A stretch of 64,000 nt of DNA from Gemmatimonadales bacterium (GTDB lineage Bacteria; Gemmatimonadota; Gemmatimonadetes; Gemmatimonadales; GWC2-71-9). Shown here in pieces: positions 29,390 to 38,839 of this stretch. Each line of letters begins with the position of its first letter. The first letter of the stretch is position 1. The DNA is taken from positions 52,258 to 116,257 of the forward strand of contig JBFJCP010000010.1 of the NCBI GenBank assembly GCA_041615815.1. The letters are read 5' to 3'. The notes under the pieces were generated by a model. It was given only the letters and a program-made list of their open reading frames with translations. It did no database searches and was not told the DNA's origin. Position numbers and translations under genes: made by a program.

Positions 29390-29728
29390 CTAGGAATCCG
29401 TTGGGACCAGCAGATCCAGGATCTCCGGCCGGATCTTGGCCTCTTCCTCGATCCAATCGTTCACGGCCGAACCAAACCGATTGGGGAAGTTGAGCTCGAA
29501 CTCGAGGAGCAACTCGTCGTCCCCGACAGCTTCGACACTGGAGTCGAACACCGGGTCGAAACTCCGTGCCAAATCGGCCAGGGCGATCGCCAAATGGATG
29601 AGGCGGGCTTGGCGAGACGTATCGGTGGCCGAGCGCAAGCGGATCTGAACGTGCTTGCGGTAGACGGCGTGGGTGCTCTCACGCTCGATGAATTGGGCGT
29701 AGGTCGCTGAAGGCATAACGTTCGTCAT
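29390..29728 (-). CDS. Hypothetical protein
   Basis: 112-aa ORF with protein-like composition, co-oriented with the GNAT gene. Confidence 0.55.
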   Translation of the reverse strand: MTNVMPSATYAQFIERESTHAVYRKHVQIRLRSATDTSRQARLIHLAIALADLARSFDPVFDSSVEAVGDDELLLEFELNFPNRFGSAVNDWIEEEAKIRPEILDLLVPTDS

Positions 29729-29878
29729 CCGGGTCTGTCGCTGCTTGTCGTGAAAGATAGCGAGAGGAGGGTAGGTGTGGGAGCAGCGTGGGTCTCAGCA
29801 GAATCCCGGGAGAGATGTGCAAGCCGGGACCGGGCTTGGGTTGTTTCACTCCCGGTCCATGGCCAGATTTGTTGATCA

Positions 29879-29951
<73 letters not shown>

Positions 29952-30103
29952 TGTGCGGAGACTTCCAGGATGCGATGCTGGCTCCACATCACCTGTATCG
30001 CGGGTCGTGAAGCGATCACAAGCGTCTATGGGCGTCGGCTCCAGCCGGAAACCCCGCGCCAAGACCGGTGTTTAATCATCGGATGCACGCAGGCATACGA
30101 ACC

Positions 30104-30535
30104 ATGAAGCGACTAGCCTTGGTTCCGTTACTCATCGCAACGGCGGCGTGTAGCGGAAGCTCCGACGTCGATGCCGTCCCTGATCAGTCCAACGCGCTCG
30201 CGGGGCTACCCGCCGAGGTCGTTCTTGGCTTCGGCGACGAGGTCCAGCTGGACGGCAGCATCCTCCGACTGAGCTTTGCGGACGTGCTGGAGGACTCCCG
30301 CTGCCCCACGGACGTGACCTGTGTCTGGGAGGGGAACGGAAAGGTGCGGATCGGCATCGCCGCCGGCACGGGGCCCACTCACCCGCTGGACCTCAACTCC
30401 ACCGTGGATCCGCGTGCGGTGGACTGGAACGGGGTCCGTGTGACCTTGCTCGAGATATTGCCGCTCCCGCTCTCGACCGGGCCGATCCCGCTCGAGGATT
30501 ACACGGTGCGACTCCTGGTCGAAGAGATTCCGTAA
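30104..30535 (+). CDS. Hypothetical lipoprotein
   Basis: Lipobox TAAC; DSRCPTDVTCVWEG motif. Confidence 0.75.
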   Translation: MKRLALVPLLIATAACSGSSDVDAVPDQSNALAGLPAEVVLGFGDEVQLDGSILRLSFADVLEDSRCPTDVTCVWEGNGKVRIGIAAGTGPTHPLDLNSTVDPRAVDWNGVRVTLLEILPLPLSTGPIPLEDYTVRLLVEEIP

Positions 30536-30556
30536 CGAGTCCGTCCACGCGGTGAC

Positions 30557-30593
30557 GAAAGCCCCTCGGATCTCCTCCGAGGGGCTTTCTTTA
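30557..30593. terminator. Intrinsic terminator between convergent genes (probably bidirectional)
   Basis: GAAAGCCCCTCGGA-TCTCC-TCCGAGGGGCTTTC followed by TTT. Confidence 0.85.
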
Positions 30594-30626
30594 TGCCCGT
30601 CGCTCAGCGACTCCTGGCGCGAGCGG

Positions 30627-31220
30627 CTAGTGTTTCTTCAGCGGCTGCATCTTTGCCGGATCCTGGTACACCATCAGGTGTGCGTAGGGTGTCCCCGCGA
30701 ACATGATGTACGCGCCGCTCGGATTCTCCTTGGTGGTGAACCCGCTGGTGGCCGCATCGAGCGGCCAGAAGAGCATCCAATGGGGCGGCTCGCGATGCAG
30801 TTTCGTGTTCGAGCCGGCCTTCATCAGGATCTCGCCGTCCGCGGTCTCATGATGGACACCGCCTCTGGCCATGTAGGCGATTCCCGGAACGGTGTTGGTG
30901 GGCTTGGGCTGGTTGGTGACGGCGTCGCGGAGCCATTGCGTCGCCGCCCGGTCCATACAGATCGGCGCATCCGGATCTCCCGGGACCCCCACGACGCAGG
31001 TAAAGCCGTTGCTCCCAACGCGAAGCTCGGTCAACACGCCGCGCGCGTCGATGCGGGCGACGGCGGCGTTGGCGGCGATGTGGGAGGGAGCTGCCGACTG
31101 AGCCAACGTGATGTACGCGGCGTCCGGCAGCGGTGGGCTCTTCTTCGGTGCCTGGGCACCCACGCACACGGGAATAGCGAGCGCACCGAGCGTGAGCCCG
31201 GTCAGGAAAGGGGTGCGCAT
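30627..31220 (-). CDS. Hypothetical secreted protein
   Basis: Signal peptide (..VGA/Q); SAAP, GSNGFTC, PICMD, GIAYMARG, EPPHWM, GTPYAHLM. Confidence 0.75.
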   Translation of the reverse strand: MRTPFLTGLTLGALAIPVCVGAQAPKKSPPLPDAAYITLAQSAAPSHIAANAAVARIDARGVLTELRVGSNGFTCVVGVPGDPDAPICMDRAATQWLRDAVTNQPKPTNTVPGIAYMARGGVHHETADGEILMKAGSNTKLHREPPHWMLFWPLDAATSGFTTKENPSGAYIMFAGTPYAHLMVYQDPAKMQPLKKH

Positions 31221-31358
31221 AGGTAGTGAACTCCTGCAGGATTGTGGCTGGCGGCGGGCACGCGGGCACTGTGTCCGCGGTCCCCGCCGGCGAGTAGTAT
31301 AGCTTGTCCCACCGGGGCGACAATCCCCCCCCGGCGGTCACCAATCCTGCCCGAAACC

Positions 31359-33506
31359 CTACTGCGCCGATCCCGCTCCGCCGATGGGAATTGCCCGCCC
31401 ATCCATGCGAATGGGCAGCCGCCTGAGCCGCACGCCGGTCAGGGCGAACAAGGCATTGGTCACCGCGGGCGCGATGGGCGGCACGGCCGGCTCGCCGACC
31501 CCACCGGGATCTTCGGTGCTGTGGATGATGTGCACGTCGACCTCCGGCATCTCGCCCATCCGGAGTAATGGATAGTCATCAAAGTTGCTTTGCGTGACCC
31601 GCCCGCCTTCGATGGTAATCTCTCCATAGAGAGCGGCCGAGAGGCCGGTGACGACGCTACCCACCACCTGGGCGTCGACGGTCGTGGGATTAACGATCTG
31701 TCCGAAGTCCGCGGCGCAGGTCACGCGATGGACCCGCACACGCCCTTCGTCGAGCGAGACCTCGGCTACCTCCGCCACGAGCCCGCCCTTGTTCTCGACC
31801 AGCGCCACGCCCCTCGCCCGCCCCGCGGGGAGCGGTGTTCCCCATCCTGACCGCTCGGCAGCCACGTCGAGCACGTGCCGCAGCCGCGGATGGCCGCGTA
31901 AGAGCTCCCGCCGGAGCTCGACGGGATCCCGTCCCGCCGCATGCGCCAACTCGTCCATGAAGCTCTCGACGATGAAGGTGTTCTGCGACGGGCCGACGGA
32001 ACGCCAGTGGCCCGTAGGGACGGGCACCGGAGACCGGCAGTAATCGATGAAGACGTTGGGGATGCCGTACGCCATGTCGGCCGCACCGTCGACGGAAGCT
32101 CCGTCGACGCCCGGGCCGCGCCGCGGGCCGCGACCGACGATGGGCGGCGCGACGATCCGCAGCTTCCACGTGGTGACGCGACCACTCGTGTCCACGCCGC
32201 CTTCGAACACATTGTAGGTGGCGGGTCGATACCAGTCGTGCTGCATGTCCTCTTCCCGCGTCCACACCACCTGCACCGGCGCCCCGATCTTCATCGACGT
32301 CTCCACGGCATCCTGCACGAAGTCCGTCCGGCTGCGCCGGCCGAGGCCACAACCGACATACGGGACGTGCACCGTCACGCGTTCCACCGGAAGCCCGGTG
32401 AGTTGCGCCGCCGCGCTCTGGGTACCCTGGGGGTTTTGTGTCGGTGCCCAGATCTCGCAGCGATCGGGCCGCACGTCGGCCGTGCAGTTCATCGGTTCCA
32501 TGGTGGCGTGCGCGAGGTACGGCACCTCGTACGTGGCGTGGATACGCTTGGCGGCTCGGCGTAACGCCGCCTCCACGTCTCCCTCGTTGCGGGCCACGGC
32601 GCCCTGTTGTTGCGCGAGTTGGGCGAAGCTGCTCGAGATCTCTTGACTGCTCATGGAGAACTCGCCGGGATCCCAAGTGATGCGGAGCGCTTTTGCGCCC
32701 TGGAAGGCCGCCCAGGTGTTCTCGGCGACCACCGCCACACCCTGCGAGACCTGCACCACGTCCTTCACGCCCGGAATGGCCCGCGCGCGGCCAGCATCGA
32801 ACTGCTTGACCGACCCGCCGAACACCGGACAATGCACCACCGTCGCGAACAGCATGTGGGGAACCCGCACGTCGATCCCAAAGGTCGCCTTCCCAGTGAC
32901 CTTGTCGGGCGTGTCGAGCTGTCGCATGGGCTTCCCGATCAAGCGGAACTCGGAGGGATCTTTCAGTCTCGGCTCCTCCGGTATCGGAAGCGCAGCCGCG
33001 GCCTGTGTCAGATCTCCGTACGACAGCTCGCGGCCGGAGGGGTCATGGAACACCCGCCCCCGCTCTGTGCGGCACTGGGCGGCGGCCACGCCCCAGCGCG
33101 CCGCGGCGGCGGCCACCAGCATCTCGCGCGCACTCGCTCCAGCCCTGCGGAGCGTGGGCCACGCCCCGCCGCGAACGCTGCGGCTCCCCACCGTCATCTG
33201 CGAGCCGTATTTCGCGGGGTGGGCGTCGGCCGGGACGACGCGCACGGTGTTCCAGTCGGCATCCAACTCATCGGCGATGATCATGGGGAGGGCCGTGCGC
33301 ACGCCCTGTCCCATCTCCACCTTGGCCACCCAGATCGTCACGGTGCCGTCGGTATCGATTCTGAGGAACGCGTTCGGCTGAAACGACGCCGGGACGTCCA
33401 CCCACGGCCGCTCGTCTGGGAGGTAGAAGCCCAGCGTGAGGCCGCTAATACCGACGGCGCCGGCCTTGAGAAAATCGCGGCGGTCGAGCTTCCAAACGGT
33501 TGCCAT
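31359..33506 (-). CDS. Xanthine dehydrogenase-family molybdopterin subunit (IorB-like), Tat-exported
   Basis: LDRRDFLK Tat motif, EMGQGVRT, TVGSRS, HATMEPMN, WTREED, WRSVG, GGVGEP. Confidence 0.92.
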   Translation of the reverse strand: MATVWKLDRRDFLKAGAVGISGLTLGFYLPDERPWVDVPASFQPNAFLRIDTDGTVTIWVAKVEMGQGVRTALPMIIADELDADWNTVRVVPADAHPAKYGSQMTVGSRSVRGGAWPTLRRAGASAREMLVAAAAARWGVAAAQCRTERGRVFHDPSGRELSYGDLTQAAAALPIPEEPRLKDPSEFRLIGKPMRQLDTPDKVTGKATFGIDVRVPHMLFATVVHCPVFGGSVKQFDAGRARAIPGVKDVVQVSQGVAVVAENTWAAFQGAKALRITWDPGEFSMSSQEISSSFAQLAQQQGAVARNEGDVEAALRRAAKRIHATYEVPYLAHATMEPMNCTADVRPDRCEIWAPTQNPQGTQSAAAQLTGLPVERVTVHVPYVGCGLGRRSRTDFVQDAVETSMKIGAPVQVVWTREEDMQHDWYRPATYNVFEGGVDTSGRVTTWKLRIVAPPIVGRGPRRGPGVDGASVDGAADMAYGIPNVFIDYCRSPVPVPTGHWRSVGPSQNTFIVESFMDELAHAAGRDPVELRRELLRGHPRLRHVLDVAAERSGWGTPLPAGRARGVALVENKGGLVAEVAEVSLDEGRVRVHRVTCAADFGQIVNPTTVDAQVVGSVVTGLSAALYGEITIEGGRVTQSNFDDYPLLRMGEMPEVDVHIIHSTEDPGGVGEPAVPPIAPAVTNALFALTGVRLRRLPIRMDGRAIPIGGAGSAQ

Positions 33507-33509
33507 GGC

Positions 33510-33968
33510 TCAACCCTCCCTGACGGCGCGGTGGATGGCCCGCCGCGTGCGATCGTACGTCCCGCAGCGGCAGATGTTGCCGGACATCGCGGCATCGATG
33601 TCCGCGTCGCTCGGGTCGGGGTTGTGCTCGAGCAGCGCAGCGGCCGACATGATTTGCCCCGACTGGCAGTACCCACACTGTGGCACGTCCTCCAGGATCC
33701 AGGCCTGCTGGATGGGGTGGCTCCCATCTCGGGAGATGCCCTCGATCGTCGTGATGCGCCCACGCCCGACGGTCGATACCGGCGTCACGCACGAGCGGAT
33801 GGGCTGTTCGTCGAGGTGTACCGTGCACGCCCCGCATTGAGCCATCCCGCATCCGTATTTGGTTCCAGTGAGTCCCAACACGTCTCGGATGACCCAGAGG
33901 AGCGGCATGTCTGAAGGGACGTCGACCGTGCGATCCCGTCCGTTTATGTGGAGTGTGATTCTGGCCAT
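33510..33968 (-). CDS. (2Fe-2S)-binding subunit (IorA-like)
   Basis: [33 protein letters not shown]. Confidence 0.95.
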   Translation of the reverse strand: MARITLHINGRDRTVDVPSDMPLLWVIRDVLGLTGTKYGCGMAQCGACTVHLDEQPIRSCVTPVSTVGRGRITTIEGISRDGSHPIQQAWILEDVPQCGYCQSGQIMSAAALLEHNPDPSDADIDAAMSGNICRCGTYDRTRRAIHRAVREG

Positions 33969-34173
33969 AGGCCCACCAAGGCAGAGGGTGAAGGGTACCA
34001 GTCAAGTATACGTCCACACGTGCACGTGGTCGAATTTGGAGCCGGCGACATGGTCTCTGGGCAGGGTGACCAGAGTCGCCACACGAGCCGCGTTCATCCG
34101 TTGAGACGGGTTTCATGCCATTTTCATTCGCCGCGGCCCAAGGTTATCGTGATCAGGCTTACGAGGAGACGAA

Positions 34174-34611
34174 ATGCCAGTACCCACGACGACCCATGTC
34201 CTTGGGGAAAATCTCGGGGGCCGGGCGCTCATCGTGGCTGCCGCACTCCTCGGTGGCGTGGTCACGACGGCTAAGACCCAGGAGATCTCTCGTCCGTCCC
34301 AAGTGACAGACGCGGCCGTGACGCGCGGCAGGGAGGTGTACTTCGGATTGGCCAGCTGTGTTGCTTGTCACGGCGAGTCGGGTCAGGGAACGGCGGAAGG
34401 GCCCTCACTCATCGATGGGGAGTGGCTCCGAGGGTCCGGAACGTACGAGGAGATCCTAGCGCAGGTTCTGCACGGTACCCCGCGGCGCGAGTCCAAGACT
34501 GGCAATCCGATGCCCATGCGCGGGTGGATCCCGGCAAGCGATGCCGACGTGCGGGCTGTGGCAGCCTATGTGTGGATGCTCAGTCACGACTCCCAAGGTC
34601 GTGACCCGTAG
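34174..34611 (+). CDS. Monoheme cytochrome c
   Basis: Signal-like segment, CVACH, GPSL, distal PMPMRG; start uncertain. Confidence 0.82.
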   Translation: MPVPTTTHVLGENLGGRALIVAAALLGGVVTTAKTQEISRPSQVTDAAVTRGREVYFGLASCVACHGESGQGTAEGPSLIDGEWLRGSGTYEEILAQVLHGTPRRESKTGNPMPMRGWIPASDADVRAVAAYVWMLSHDSQGRDP

Positions 34612-34668
34612 AGGTGGGGGCCGCGGGTACGCGTTCACTCATCTAGCGAAATCCGTCTTGGCAGTTCG

Positions 34669-35082
34669 TTACGCTTGAACCGCCTCGACAGCGCGATCGT
34701 AATCTTCCGGTCTCACATAGAGCACGTAGCCGAAGCTCCCTTCACCGGTGGTGACGCCGCTCGACGCATACACCGTCACGTTGGCGGCGTCGAGCCTCGC
34801 GTGAATGCTGGCGAGGGCGCCGAGCTCGTCATCGCCCTGAACGAGCAGGGCATGATGCGGACCCTCCGAGCGAAAGCCGGCCCGTCGTGCCGCGCTCTCG
34901 AATTTCTTGGGATCCTCGGGAAAAATCGTCAGCTGCGTGCGCATTGGCCCGCTTGGAACTCCGGTGAAGGCCAGCAGATTGATCCCGAGGTCCGCGAGCC
35001 GAGAGAGAAGCTTGTATGCGTCCCGCGGTTCTTCGGGCTGCGTTACATAGTAGTAATCGGCCCGTCGTATTCGGGTAGCCAT
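34669..35082 (-). CDS. ACT-domain-like protein
   Basis: Two ACT-like units (LADLGINLLAF; DELGALASIHARL.AANVTVYA..GYVLYV). Confidence 0.6.
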   Translation of the reverse strand: MATRIRRADYYYVTQPEEPRDAYKLLSRLADLGINLLAFTGVPSGPMRTQLTIFPEDPKKFESAARRAGFRSEGPHHALLVQGDDELGALASIHARLDAANVTVYASSGVTTGEGSFGYVLYVRPEDYDRAVEAVQA

Positions 35083-35145
35083 GGTTCCTCCCATGAGCGC
35101 GGTGTGCCCAGCGAGTCATTGCCGAATCTGGGGTGACACGCGCTG

Positions 35146-36462
35146 TTAGCAAAACCCCCGCTCGCGTAGTGCATCCCTTAGGTCCGGCCGTCCAATCTCC
35201 TGTAACTCGTATCGTGCCCGAAGCGCCGGCTTCGGCATGGCGATCAGGCGTCTGAGATCGATCGGAGACGCCACGAGCACGAGGTCGGCCGGGACCTCGG
35301 CGATGGTCTCGGCGAGCTCGGCCACCTGCGCGTCTCCATAACCCATCGCCGGCAGTACCGGCCCCGTCTGCGGATAGGCGTCGAAGGTCTCCCGTATCGA
35401 CCCGACGGCATGGGGGCGAGGGTCGACGACCTCGGCCGCACCGTATCGTCGCGCCGCGATCCAGCCGGCACCGAACGGCATGCCGCCGTGGGTCAGCGTC
35501 GGTCCGTCCTCGACGACGAGGACCCTTTTGCCTCGCAGGCGTGCGCCATCGTCGACGGTGATGGGGCTCGCGGCCTCGATGACCAGCGCACCCGGGTTGA
35601 GTAATGCTGCAACCCGCCGGGCCTCCTCGATCTGCTCCAATCCGGCCGTGTCCACCTTGTTGATCAGAATGACGTCCGCCATGCGCACGACGGTTTCCCC
35701 TGGGTGATAACGCAGGGCATGATCGGCCCGGTGGGGGTCCGTCACTGCGATCAGCAGGTCGGGGACATAGAAAGGAAAGTCGTTGTTACCGCCATCCCAG
35801 AGAACTACGTCCGCTTCTCGTTCAGCCTGCCGTAGAATCGGCTCGTAGTCCACACCAGCAAAAACCGCATGACCCTCGGCGATGAGTGGCTCGTACTCTT
35901 CACGCTCTTCGATGGTCGTGTCGTGACGCTCCAGATCGTCGTACGATGCGAACCGCTGCACGGCCTGCTTGGCCAAGTCGCCGTAGGGCATGGGATGTCG
36001 GACGACTGCCACCCGACGCCCAGCGTCCCGTAAGAGCGCAGCCACCCGGCGTGTCGTCTGGCTCTTCCCACAGCCGGTCCGAGCGGCGCACACCGCAATG
36101 ACGGGCACGGTCGCCTCGACCATCGTGTGATGGGGACCCAGGAACTGATAATCGGCACCAGCGGCGAGTACTCGAGATGCTAAATGCATGACACCTTCGT
36201 GTGAGACGTCGCTGTAACTGAAGACCGCCACGTCCACCGCGAGCTCGCGGATGAGCCGCTCGAGATCGCGCTCGTCCTCGATGGGGACGCCGTCAGGATA
36301 CTGCGGTCCAGCCAACGCGGCCGGGTACCGGCGGCCGGTGATGTTCGGAAGCTGCGCGGCAGTGAACGCTACGACCCGGTAGTCCTGATTCTCACGAAAA
36401 TACGCGTTGAAGTTGTGAAAGTCGCGGCCCGCCGCGCCTAAGATCAATGCTTTTAGGGGCAT
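35146..36462 (-). CDS. COG2403 P-loop NTPase (cyclic 2,3-diphosphoglycerate synthase-like / arginine synthetase-like)
   Basis: LGAAGRDFHNFN, RTGCGKSQT, RHPMPYG, TIEEREEYE, WDGGNND, EDGPTLTHGGM, LPAMGY. Confidence 0.85.
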   Translation of the reverse strand: MPLKALILGAAGRDFHNFNAYFRENQDYRVVAFTAAQLPNITGRRYPAALAGPQYPDGVPIEDERDLERLIRELAVDVAVFSYSDVSHEGVMHLASRVLAAGADYQFLGPHHTMVEATVPVIAVCAARTGCGKSQTTRRVAALLRDAGRRVAVVRHPMPYGDLAKQAVQRFASYDDLERHDTTIEEREEYEPLIAEGHAVFAGVDYEPILRQAEREADVVLWDGGNNDFPFYVPDLLIAVTDPHRADHALRYHPGETVVRMADVILINKVDTAGLEQIEEARRVAALLNPGALVIEAASPITVDDGARLRGKRVLVVEDGPTLTHGGMPFGAGWIAARRYGAAEVVDPRPHAVGSIRETFDAYPQTGPVLPAMGYGDAQVAELAETIAEVPADLVLVASPIDLRRLIAMPKPALRARYELQEIGRPDLRDALRERGFC

Positions 36463-36874
36463 AGGTCATTCCAGGGGGCTCGGTTGTACGTCTTACTCTT
36501 GGCGGTCACGCCGTGAAGGGAGACTGAATTGGGGTTGAACGGGTTGTGGGGTGAGCGGCCCCAGGGCAGCGGCATCTTCGGATCTACAACTCCTTCGATC
36601 TCGGACGCCGCCGTCCGCTCCCCGAACGCCGTCGGGCCGATCTACGTTATAAGGAATACCGCGCCCAGGTCCTGGTCCGGGATGGCGCTCGGGAGATCGC
36701 GTGGGGTGACCCCGGGGGACGGCTCTGGAGCCCCGGCGGGCGCCACGGTTGGGGCAACACCGGATCGTTGGGATGCGGCGGACACGGCCGCAATCAAGAG
36801 CGTCATCTGGCACCAATGCAACTTCCCTGGTGCCATGGACGGCCAGCGTTCCAGGCGTAGAATTGCTTTCCATC

Positions 36875-37576
36875 ATGCCCGATTTGACCAACGCCCTCGT
36901 GTTCTACGTCGTCTTTCTGTTCTCGACGACGCTGCACGAGGCCGCCCACGCATGGGCGGCCAAAATGGGTGGCGACCTCACGGCCTACCACGGAGGGCAG
37001 GTCTCACTCGATCCGACGCCCCATATCCGGCGGGAGCCTTTCGGCATGGTGGTCTTGCCAATTATCTCCGTGTTGATTTCCGGTTGGCCGTTCGGTTTTG
37101 CGAGCGCACCGTACGATCCGCGGTGGGCCATGCGGTATCCCAAGCGTGCGGCGCTGATGGCGCTGGCCGGACCGGCGGCGAACATGGGGATCATCGTTCT
37201 CGCAGCCGTCCTTATCCGGGTTGGCGCGGGCGCTGAGGTCTTCCATTCACCGGAATCCGTACGGTTTGCGCACGTGGCCGCATCAGACGCCGGTGGCTGG
37301 TGGTCCGGGGTCGCTTTCGCACTCAGCGTGTTTTTCTCCCTCAACATCGTCCTCTTTGCGCTGAACATCCTGCCGTTCCCGCCACTCGACGGCAGCGCGG
37401 CTGTGCCGCTGCTGCTGAGCGACGAGGCAACGGAACGGTACCAACGCTTTCTCTGGGGCCAGCCGGCGTTATCCTGGATCGGGATCATCGTCGCCTGGCA
37501 ACTGTTTGATTACGTGTTCCAACCAGTGTTCCTGTTTGCCGTGAACCTGCTTTATCCGGGAGTGAGCTACGGCTAG
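36875..37576 (+). CDS. Site-2 protease (M50 family)
   Basis: LHEAAH, LAGPAAN, NILPFPPLDGS; multi-TM. Confidence 0.9.
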   Translation: MPDLTNALVFYVVFLFSTTLHEAAHAWAAKMGGDLTAYHGGQVSLDPTPHIRREPFGMVVLPIISVLISGWPFGFASAPYDPRWAMRYPKRAALMALAGPAANMGIIVLAAVLIRVGAGAEVFHSPESVRFAHVAASDAGGWWSGVAFALSVFFSLNIVLFALNILPFPPLDGSAAVPLLLSDEATERYQRFLWGQPALSWIGIIVAWQLFDYVFQPVFLFAVNLLYPGVSYG

Positions 37577-37577
37577 C

Positions 37578-38213
37578 GTGCGGTCCCTTCGACGATATCC
37601 CCTGTGGCTGGTACTCGGGCCCTGTTGGATGCTCGGGGCCTGTGCCAGCGCCGCGAGTGGCGGACCGACGACGGCCGGATTCGTGGACCGCACGCTGTCG
37701 CGGTTTGCCTACATCGGCGAGGGTGTGGGCGCCACGGTGATCGTTGGGACCCAGGCGGCGCGTTATCGCGAGGACACGCCCTACATGCCGGTGGAGATTG
37801 CCGTGGCGAACACCGGCGACGCCGTGCTCCGGCTGAGCCGCGCTTCGTTCACGCTCGTGGACGACGCGGGCATGCGCTACTCGGCGGTGCCGCCCAAGCC
37901 ACTCCTCGAGCGCTATGACTTTCTGGATATGGATCGCGCGGCTCTGTCCGAGCTCACCGGGATCGCGGCCGCCACGTTTCCCGCATACCGTCCGGTGCCC
38001 AGCAAGTTCAGCCCCACACGGCAGGTCCGGGCTGCGGGTGCGTTCACCCGCGATGTCGTGCTCGACGAAGTGCTGCTGCCGCGAAGTGGATACCTGGTCG
38101 ATTTCATTTACTTTGATCGACCCGCCGCGGGAATCCAAGGGCATCGTTTCGAGCTGAGAGTCGAGGCACCGTCGCTGACCGAGACCATCGTGGTGAGCTT
38201 CGTGGTCGACTGA
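37578..38213 (+). CDS. Hypothetical lipoprotein
   Basis: Lipobox LGAC; adjacent to the M50 gene. Confidence 0.65.
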   Translation: MRSLRRYPLWLVLGPCWMLGACASAASGGPTTAGFVDRTLSRFAYIGEGVGATVIVGTQAARYREDTPYMPVEIAVANTGDAVLRLSRASFTLVDDAGMRYSAVPPKPLLERYDFLDMDRAALSELTGIAAATFPAYRPVPSKFSPTRQVRAAGAFTRDVVLDEVLLPRSGYLVDFIYFDRPAAGIQGHRFELRVEAPSLTETIVVSFVVD

Positions 38214-38349
38214 TCGCCCCGTTTTGTTTGGTGGACGCTGGCACCCCCCATCATGCCCTCGGCTGAAGCGCCACCGGTTCAGATCTGCTTCACCGAGATT
38301 TCAGAAATTGCCGCCTAAGCTGCAGCTGTTGGGAGAGGAGGTGACGGTC

Positions 38350-38634
38350 ATGAGGATGCGTCGAAGAACGCTCGCCTCGCGGCTCCGGGCTCGACGACGA
38401 CGACGGTGGGTGACTCGAATGCTGGCACTCGGCGGTGCGGTGGCGCTCGGTCGTCGGCTTGGCCCCAAGGAGAAGAAGTTGTGGCAGCGGATGTTCGACA
38501 AACTGCCGGACGGTTTTCCGCCCAAGGCGATGTTCCTGAATATCCGGGCCATCCGGGCGCAAAACGAGCGAATCATCCAACTGCTGGAAGAGCACCAGCA
38601 CGCGCCGATCGAACGACCGCTGAAAACGGGTTAG
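38350..38634 (+). CDS. Small hypothetical protein
   Basis: GAGGAGG RBS; basic N-terminus, short hydrophobic stretch, PPKAMFLNI..IRAQNERIIQLLE. Confidence 0.5.
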   Translation: MRMRRRTLASRLRARRRRRWVTRMLALGGAVALGRRLGPKEKKLWQRMFDKLPDGFPPKAMFLNIRAIRAQNERIIQLLEEHQHAPIERPLKTG

Positions 38635-38839
38635 TTCTCTATAATGGTCCGGCACCGAGCCGAGAACGGCCGGTGATGCTTAGGTCGTCATAGCACTAGC
38701 GCGGCGCGCGACAGGGTGAGGGAATGCTGGACGCGGCGCGTACGGTGCTGTTCGTTTCAATCTGCCGCAATGCACCGCCGCGCAACGTCCCGAAGCCCGA
38801 ACTTGGTGCATTGCTTCAACCTCTTCGGTAGGGTGTCCC

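Noticed and set aside
36470..36836. Possible degraded minus-strand ORF with an internal TAG at about 36642
   Set aside because: No recognisable domain; cannot be distinguished from intergenic sequence
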